From positions 88,209 through 152,208 of IMG/VR virus record IMGVR_UViG_3300049845_000291: DNA of 64,000 nucleotides; one strand, written 5' to 3'. This DNA comes from a virus. How positions within the stretch are numbered: position 1 is the first letter of the stretch; each line of letters opens with the position of its first letter. Under the pieces are notes generated by a model, which did no database searches, was not told the origin of the DNA, and saw only the letters and a list, made by a program, of their open reading frames with translations. Positions 57,636-64,000 of this stretch are shown here, piece by piece. The translations under genes and the position numbers were made by a program.

Positions 57636-60600
57636 ATGTTCATTGATCGTCCAAATATCGTAGAAGGCTCCTTCATCCTGAACGCTACGGTGCAGAGCGG
57701 AAACGCTTCTGCTCAAGCCGCGCTGAACCCAACCCCAGGTGAGCTGTTCTTTAGAACTGATACGGGTGTCCTGCAGATCTATGGTGCCAGCTTCACGTGG
57801 GAAACGATCTCCACTAGTGGGACTCTGACAACTCATGTCAATGACACAGCACTGCACCTGACGTCGGCCCAAAACACGTTGTTGGACGGCTTGGCCTCCA
57901 CGTTGACGGCAACCGAGCTGAACTACGTCGATGGCGTGACATCACCGATCCAGACGCAGCTAAATGCGCTTGCTGAACACACGACCGATGCCACAATCCA
58001 CGTCACATCAGCTCAGAAAACGTTGCTTGACGGGCTTGCCGCCGGACTGACGGCAACCGAGCTGAACTACGTCGACGGTGTCACATCATCAATTCAGACA
58101 CAGCTCAACAACCGGATCTTGAAGTCTGGTGGTGATACGGTCACCGGCACCCTGACATTCAGCTCTGGCGCTAAGGTCACCGGCCTGCCTGCGCCAACGG
58201 CAGATACCGATGCCGCTAACAAGGCATACGTTGACGCGCTTGCCGGCGGCATCGACTGGAAACAAGCTGTCAAGGCCGCCACCACGGCTGCCATCACTCT
58301 GTCCGGACTGCAAACGATCGACGGCATCACGTTAATTGCTGGTGATCGTGTCCTGGTGAAGAATCAAGGCACGCTGTCGCAGAACGGTATCTACCTCGCC
58401 TCATCATCAGCCTGGACTCGTGCGGCAGACTACGATACCGCTCTGAAGGTCAGCCAAAGCGCGGTGTACGTGCTGGCTGGTGGCACGGTCAACGGACGTG
58501 GCTCCTTTGTCATGCCGAACACGATCAGTACCTTCCCTGGTGATGCGATCGAGTTCTTCCCGTTCAGCGGCCCTGTAATCAACACGGCTGGCAGCGGCAT
58601 CGACTTGGCAATCAACGGAACAGTGTCGGCGAAGATTTCCCGTGGACTGACCTTTGACGCTGGCGGCAACATCGAGATTCGCCCATATTCTGGACACCTA
58701 CTGCTGACCCTTGACGGAACGACCACCAGCACGAACGCCACGGCGCAGCTTGGTTTGGCCAACTCGGGCGTGACCGCAGGAACGTATCGTTCCGTGACCG
58801 TCGACGTCAAAGGCCGCGTTACTGCTGGATCAAACCCGACGACACTTGCTGGGTATGGCATCACGGACGCCCAAGCATCGAGCAACGACCTGTCTGCGAT
58901 TGCCGCACTTTCAACCACCGGAATCATGGTTCGGACTGGCACGGCTACGTACGCCACAAGAACCATTGCGCAAGGCACTGGGATCTCGATCACAAATGGG
59001 AACGGTGTCACGAACAGCGACATCACGATCGCCACCAATGGGACGGCCGCTAGCACCGCTAACACGCTCGTGCTGCGTGATAACAGCTCAAACTTCAGTG
59101 CAAACCAGATCACGTTGACTGGTGGCCTGTTGTTTGGTGGGAGCTTGGTGAACAACACGAGCACTGGTGACTGGGTACTTGGTGGAACCGCCACGACGTC
59201 TGGCACTGACACCGGACGTCTGATTCTTCGACCAACGTCAACCACCACAGTCGCTCGTGGGGCGTACATCATTTTGGCTGGTAATCAGGCTGTTACTGAT
59301 CCAGGTAGATTGACTCTGGCATCTGGTGACTCTGGCATTGTGTCGATCAACGGTGGTACCTTGGGCACCACGATCAGCGGCGCAGGTGGTCTGACGGTCA
59401 GCGGTGGTGTGATCACCGGCAACGGCTCTGGTCTGACGAACTTGGACGCAGGCGATCTGTCAACAGGGACGGTGCCTGTTGCTCGCCTTGGATCTGGTAC
59501 CGCGAACAGCGGCACCTTCTTGCGCGGTGACAACACATGGCAACCTGTCGGTGACGGCAGCGTGTCGACTGTTTCGGTCGTGACAGCGAACGGGATCTCA
59601 GGTACTGTCGCAAACGCGAGCTCAACACCAGCTATCACACTGACGCTTGGCGCCATCACGCCGACATCAGTTGCTGCAACGACCACAATCTCAGGCACTT
59701 CGATCTCCAGCTCGGTGCAGTTCCTTGCTATTGGAACTGATTCGGAAACGGTCCCAGGCTATTCCTGGACAGGTGACACAAATTGCGGCATGTTCAGGCC
59801 GGCAGCTGACACCATTGGTTTCACGACTGCTGGCACAGAGGCATTGCGCATTACCAGCACGAATCAGGTGCTGTTTGGTCATACCGCCCCCATCATTGCT
59901 CGCACTGGCACCACGGACTTCACGCCAACGGTTCAAAGCCCAGGCACAACCGGTGCCGCATCCAGCATCCTGCTGGCTCGTTACTCCGCAAACACCGGTG
60001 CGCCAGTTCTGTACCTCGGCAAGTCTCGAGGCGCAACTGTTGGAACTGCCGCGGCGGTGCTGAGCGGTGACGTGCTTGGCATGGTTTCGTTCCAGGCTGA
60101 TGATTCAGTTCGCCTGGCCGAAGCCGCACGGATCTCTTCGATTGCCACGGCAACTGGGCTTGTCGACGCGGTGTCAGCCCGTCTTGAGTTCTCCACTACC
60201 AATGCAGGGCAGACGCCAACGGCGCGCATGCGAATCGACGCCGATGGTGAGGTCACGATGCTGGCGGGCCTTGCTAGCACGACAGCCGGAACCGGTACCT
60301 TGGTGGTGACTGGTGGCGTTGGCGTGTCGGGCCAGGTTACGGCTGGCACGTTCAGCGGGAACGGTGCCGCGATCACGAACATCAACGCTGGTAACATCGC
60401 AACCGGCACGATTGCAAACGCCCGCACCACTGGAACGTCGACAAACGACATCAACACGCTGGTGCTGCGTGACGGTACTGGGAACTTTAGTGCCGGAACA
60501 ATCACGGCTACTGCCTTCTCTGGAGCTGGTGGATCGCTCACAAATTTGAACGCGTCGAACCTGGGATCAGGCACGGTTCCAGATGCTCGCATCAGCGGCT

Positions 60601-63600
60601 CATACACCGGGTTCACCGGCATCAGCATGACTGGCACGCTGACCAACGGCAGTGGTACCAACGGTCGCGTGCTGCTGCAGTCTGGAAATGCCACGAACTC
60701 TGGGTACATCGCCTTTCACTCGTTCACGAACAACATCCGTCAGGGATACATCGGGTACTCTGCTACCAGCGTTGCGACAGCTGACACAGGCACGATCCCA
60801 TACGTAGCCGGCATTCATGCCTTCACGGGCACGATCAGCGGCAACGGTGGGTCAATCACGAACTTGAGCGCTTCGAACTTGGCATCGGGCACCGTGCCCG
60901 ATGCCCGACTGTCTGGTTCGTACACCGGCCTGGCGAACATGACGGGTACTGGAAACGCATCATTTGATCGCTTCCTTGGCGACCCAACATCGCCACTCGC
61001 CACCTCCCCAACGTTCTCGTGGACCGGTGATGACAACACTGGCATGTACGCTCCAGGAGCTGACACCATTGGTTTCACGACTGCTGGAACTGAACGAGTT
61101 CGAATCACCAGCACAGGTACCGTTGGAATTGGAACTGGCACGAACGCACCAGATCGTGCACTTGACGTTAGGTCTGGTTCATTTGCATCGAGCCAGAACT
61201 TTGGCTTGCAGATCGCGAGCCCTGCAGGTCAGTGGCGCGCACAGTTCAACATCAAGTCCGACGCAGGTGGCGCACCTCGCACCACAATTGACGCGGTAGC
61301 TGGAAACTCTGGTACGCTGATCGAGGCAATCGCCATCAACAGCTCAGGCCGCGTGGCCATGCCCGCGGCCATCACTGCAACGAGCACGACGACTGGCACA
61401 CTGGTCGTCACTGGGGGTGCTGGATTCTCTGGTGATGTGTACGCAAGCAGTTTCAACGGCAGTGTTGCCGCCTCTAACCTGACGGGCACCATTGCTGACG
61501 CTCGCATTTCTGGCGCTTACAGCGGCATCACAACGTTGACACTGACCAGCGGACTGATTTTGCCAGACGGCTCGGCATCTGCCCCAGCTATTCGTTTCAC
61601 AAACGACGTCGACACCGGCATCTGGCTGCCAGCTGTAGGTGAGATTCGCATCGGCATTGCATCAGCCGGCCGTCTTGGGATCACCGAGACGGCGATCAGC
61701 GCATTGAACGGTGCGATCTTCACTGGCAACGGCTCTGGCCTGACGAACTTGGATGCAGGTAATCTGTCAACCGGCACGGTGTCAACGGCGCGCCTTGGAT
61801 CTGGCACCGCGAACAGCACAACCTTCCTGCGAGGTGACGGCACCTGGGCAACTGTTGGCGGCGGTAGTGTCTCATCCGTCTCGGTGGTTACCGCAAACGG
61901 CATCTCCGGCACGGTTGCAACGGCCACCACCACACCAGCCATCACGCTGAGCCTTGGGAACATCACGCCGACCTCTGTCACCAGCTCTGGCGACATCATC
62001 GCGACCAATGAGATGGTTGTGCGCGGCGGCGGAGTTGGAGGCGAAGGTGGTCAGCTTGTCCTTGGCTATGGCAACAACCTTGCTAGCGCGATCTCCGGTC
62101 AAGCAAACAACACCTGGAACCTGGACGTTGTCACCAGCGACTTCCGTATCTTCCGCTTGAACAGTGCTGGTACAGCGCTGACGGCCGTTCAGATCTCTGA
62201 GGCAGGTCGTGTCGATTTCCAAGGGAACATCGCGTCAACCACGACGGGAACTGGCACCATCGTCGTGACTGGTGGCGTTGGTGTGTCTGGTCAGGTCACA
62301 GCTAACTCTTTCTCAGGCACCACGCAGACCTTGAGCAGTGGGCTGATCCTGCCAGATGGAACTGTGTCGGCACCTGCGCTGCGCTTCACAAACGACTCGA
62401 ACACTGGCTTCTGGCTTGGCGGTGACGACGATCTTCGGATCGCAATTGGTGGCGCCTCGCGTGTCACTATGACTGCGTCAGCCATCTCGGTGGCAAACGG
62501 CGCGATCTGGACAGGCAATGGCTCGGGGTTGACACAGCTGAACGCGACGAACCTGTCTACCGGCACGGTCAACAACGCGCGAATCTCTGGTGCATATGAT
62601 GGCTTCACGACCGTCACCGTCAGCTCAGGCGTGATTCTTCCAGACGGCGGAGCCGGTACCCCATCCCTCAGGTTTACCAATGATGTGGACACCGGCATCT
62701 GGTTGCCAGCGGTTGGCGATATGCGTGTTGCGGTCGGCGGCGCCGGTCGTCTTGGGATCACTGAGACCGCGATCAGCGCGCTGAATGGAGCCGTTTTCAC
62801 AGGCAATGGTTCTGGCTTGACAACCTTGGATGCGGGGAACCTGTCATCTGGCACGGTGCCAAATGCTCGCATCTCTGGCGCATACTCAGGGATCACGACA
62901 CTTGACATCACCAGCAACCTGACTGTTCGCCCAACGACGAGCACGCACGGGTACACACAGCTCGTACCTGGAACGGCAGCCAACTCCGGGTACATCGCGT
63001 TCTTCTCTCATACCGGCGGAGTGCGTCAGGGGTACATTGGCTTCTCTGGCACTAACGCCGTCACTATCGACACGGGAACCATCCCATACGTCGCTGGCAC
63101 GCACTCATTCACTGGTGCAGTGACAGGAAATGGAAATGCTGGGTTCTTGACACTTCGTGCAAGCAACGGCGCCGCCGATGCTCCTACGATCTCATTCACC
63201 AACGATGACGATACAGGCCTGTTCAGGTCAGGCGCAAACGTGCTTGGTGTCACAACTGGCGGGACACTGGCCGCTACCTTTGACGCTGTTGGAAACTTCA
63301 CTGCCGTTGGCAACGTCACAGCGTACTCAGACCGGCGTCTCAAGAAAGACATTGAGCCGGTGTACAACGCGCTCCATAAGGTCGAGCAGCTCAATGGTGT
63401 GACCTTCAAACGCATCGACAACGATGAGTACGGTGTTGGTCTGATTGCACAAGAGGTTCAAGCTGTGGTGCCAGAGGCCGTCAAGACTGATGAGGACGGT
63501 ATGCTGTCTGTCGCTTACGGCAACCTGGTTGGTCTGCTCGTTGAGGCGATCAAGGACCTAAATAATGAGGTCAAGCTCCTGAAAGCGCAACTTGCTGCCA

Positions 63601-63614
63601 AGGACTCTAACTAA
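57636..63614 (+). CDS. Large fibre protein (1992 aa) with S74 chaperone
   Basis: Shares modules with the 39534 and 46889 fibres; AYSDRRLKKDI. Confidence 0.9.
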   Translation: MFIDRPNIVEGSFILNATVQSGNASAQAALNPTPGELFFRTDTGVLQIYGASFTWETISTSGTLTTHVNDTALHLTSAQNTLLDGLASTLTATELNYVDGVTSPIQTQLNALAEHTTDATIHVTSAQKTLLDGLAAGLTATELNYVDGVTSSIQTQLNNRILKSGGDTVTGTLTFSSGAKVTGLPAPTADTDAANKAYVDALAGGIDWKQAVKAATTAAITLSGLQTIDGITLIAGDRVLVKNQGTLSQNGIYLASSSAWTRAADYDTALKVSQSAVYVLAGGTVNGRGSFVMPNTISTFPGDAIEFFPFSGPVINTAGSGIDLAINGTVSAKISRGLTFDAGGNIEIRPYSGHLLLTLDGTTTSTNATAQLGLANSGVTAGTYRSVTVDVKGRVTAGSNPTTLAGYGITDAQASSNDLSAIAALSTTGIMVRTGTATYATRTIAQGTGISITNGNGVTNSDITIATNGTAASTANTLVLRDNSSNFSANQITLTGGLLFGGSLVNNTSTGDWVLGGTATTSGTDTGRLILRPTSTTTVARGAYIILAGNQAVTDPGRLTLASGDSGIVSINGGTLGTTISGAGGLTVSGGVITGNGSGLTNLDAGDLSTGTVPVARLGSGTANSGTFLRGDNTWQPVGDGSVSTVSVVTANGISGTVANASSTPAITLTLGAITPTSVAATTTISGTSISSSVQFLAIGTDSETVPGYSWTGDTNCGMFRPAADTIGFTTAGTEALRITSTNQVLFGHTAPIIARTGTTDFTPTVQSPGTTGAASSILLARYSANTGAPVLYLGKSRGATVGTAAAVLSGDVLGMVSFQADDSVRLAEAARISSIATATGLVDAVSARLEFSTTNAGQTPTARMRIDADGEVTMLAGLASTTAGTGTLVVTGGVGVSGQVTAGTFSGNGAAITNINAGNIATGTIANARTTGTSTNDINTLVLRDGTGNFSAGTITATAFSGAGGSLTNLNASNLGSGTVPDARISGSYTGFTGISMTGTLTNGSGTNGRVLLQSGNATNSGYIAFHSFTNNIRQGYIGYSATSVATADTGTIPYVAGIHAFTGTISGNGGSITNLSASNLASGTVPDARLSGSYTGLANMTGTGNASFDRFLGDPTSPLATSPTFSWTGDDNTGMYAPGADTIGFTTAGTERVRITSTGTVGIGTGTNAPDRALDVRSGSFASSQNFGLQIASPAGQWRAQFNIKSDAGGAPRTTIDAVAGNSGTLIEAIAINSSGRVAMPAAITATSTTTGTLVVTGGAGFSGDVYASSFNGSVAASNLTGTIADARISGAYSGITTLTLTSGLILPDGSASAPAIRFTNDVDTGIWLPAVGEIRIGIASAGRLGITETAISALNGAIFTGNGSGLTNLDAGNLSTGTVSTARLGSGTANSTTFLRGDGTWATVGGGSVSSVSVVTANGISGTVATATTTPAITLSLGNITPTSVTSSGDIIATNEMVVRGGGVGGEGGQLVLGYGNNLASAISGQANNTWNLDVVTSDFRIFRLNSAGTALTAVQISEAGRVDFQGNIASTTTGTGTIVVTGGVGVSGQVTANSFSGTTQTLSSGLILPDGTVSAPALRFTNDSNTGFWLGGDDDLRIAIGGASRVTMTASAISVANGAIWTGNGSGLTQLNATNLSTGTVNNARISGAYDGFTTVTVSSGVILPDGGAGTPSLRFTNDVDTGIWLPAVGDMRVAVGGAGRLGITETAISALNGAVFTGNGSGLTTLDAGNLSSGTVPNARISGAYSGITTLDITSNLTVRPTTSTHGYTQLVPGTAANSGYIAFFSHTGGVRQGYIGFSGTNAVTIDTGTIPYVAGTHSFTGAVTGNGNAGFLTLRASNGAADAPTISFTNDDDTGLFRSGANVLGVTTGGTLAATFDAVGNFTAVGNVTAYSDRRLKKDIEPVYNALHKVEQLNGVTFKRIDNDEYGVGLIAQEVQAVVPEAVKTDEDGMLSVAYGNLVGLLVEAIKDLNNEVKLLKAQLAAKDSN

Positions 63615-63625
63615 ACGGGTACGAC

Positions 63626-64000
63626 ATGCCACTTCAGACAACAGGCTCAATTTCTCTGCTGAACATTCAGGGAGAGTTCGGCGGCCCGGCCTCACCAATC
63701 TCACTTGGTTCATACAACCGAGGCGGCGCCAACGTGCCAGCTGGTACAGTCATTGGCACGGGTTCATTTCAGACTACACCGCTGACCCCAGCAAGCAACG
63801 TACAGATCACAGCAACAGCTGGCGCCACAATCCAGCTGTCAATGTTCTATGGCACCACCAAGCAAACCGTGACAGTGTACACGTCCAGCGGAACCTACAC
63901 TGTGCCGCTGGGTGTGACGTCGATTCAGGTTCTGATGGTCGGGGGCGGTGGTGGTGGCGGTGGCCCGATTGAGAACACTCGTGAGGGAGGTGGTGGTGGC
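63626..64000 (+). CDS. Fibre-tip/adhesin-like protein with glycine-rich domain (truncated by window end; absent from ORF track)
   Basis: Manual translation MPLQTTGSISLLNIQGEFGGPASPISLGSYNRGG...YTVPLGVTSIQVLMVGGGGGGGG; paralogous to 56981. Confidence 0.7.
   Translation, partial: MPLQTTGSISLLNIQGEFGGPASPISLGSYNRGGANVPAGTVIGTGSFQTTPLTPASNVQITATAGATIQLSMFYGTTKQTVTVYTSSGTYTVPLGVTSIQVLMVGGGGGGGGPIENTREGGGGG

Noticed and set aside
46889-63614. Repeats in fibre genes as a DGR or invertase shufflon
   Set aside because: No reverse transcriptase or recombinase in the window. Differences between copies are mostly synonymous rather than adenine-specific, and all copies are direct and in frame.
63592-63972. 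126-aa ORF from the ORF track
   Set aside because: Wrong frame. The likely real gene starts at 63626, is paralogous to 56981 and runs off the window.
1-64000. tRNA or rRNA genes
   Set aside because: Intergenic gaps are short and I saw no cloverleaf or T-loop signatures. A tRNAscan-SE run would confirm this.

Overview
A 64-kb segment of a large, GC-rich (about 60% by eye) dsDNA tailed phage, most likely a T4-related jumbo myophage, judging by TAAATA late promoters, a gp39/60 + gp52 topoisomerase, a T4-like dCMP hydroxymethylase and a T4-like beta-glucosyltransferase. Layout: 1-4.9 kb, late virion/fibre genes (minus strand). 5-39.4 kb, a dense minus-strand block of nucleotide metabolism, repair, replication and accessory genes (macrodomain, ThyA, KptA, SLOG, DnaJ, topoisomerase II, Fpg/Nei, UvrD, DinG, AAA ATPase, many small hypotheticals). 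39.5-64 kb, plus-strand giant mosaic fibre genes with S74 chaperones and small tip proteins. The most notable signal is a dispersed but coherent cytosine-hypermodification pathway: an Asp-type (dCMP-specific) thymidylate-synthase paralog, two NMP kinases, a T4-BGT-like DNA glycosyltransferase, and an arabinose-5-phosphate isomerase next to a nucleotidyltransferase-kinase fusion. This suggests a BGT-fold enzyme that adds a phage-made, probably pentose, sugar. Two of these loci share an identical 11-bp promoter core. Other notable items are systematic leaderless -10 promoters, an anti-SD hairpin bypassed by an internal promoter, and a Pol-beta-fold nucleotidyltransferase with a T4-like capsid-targeting peptide. 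All family calls come from motif recognition by eye; no searches were run.
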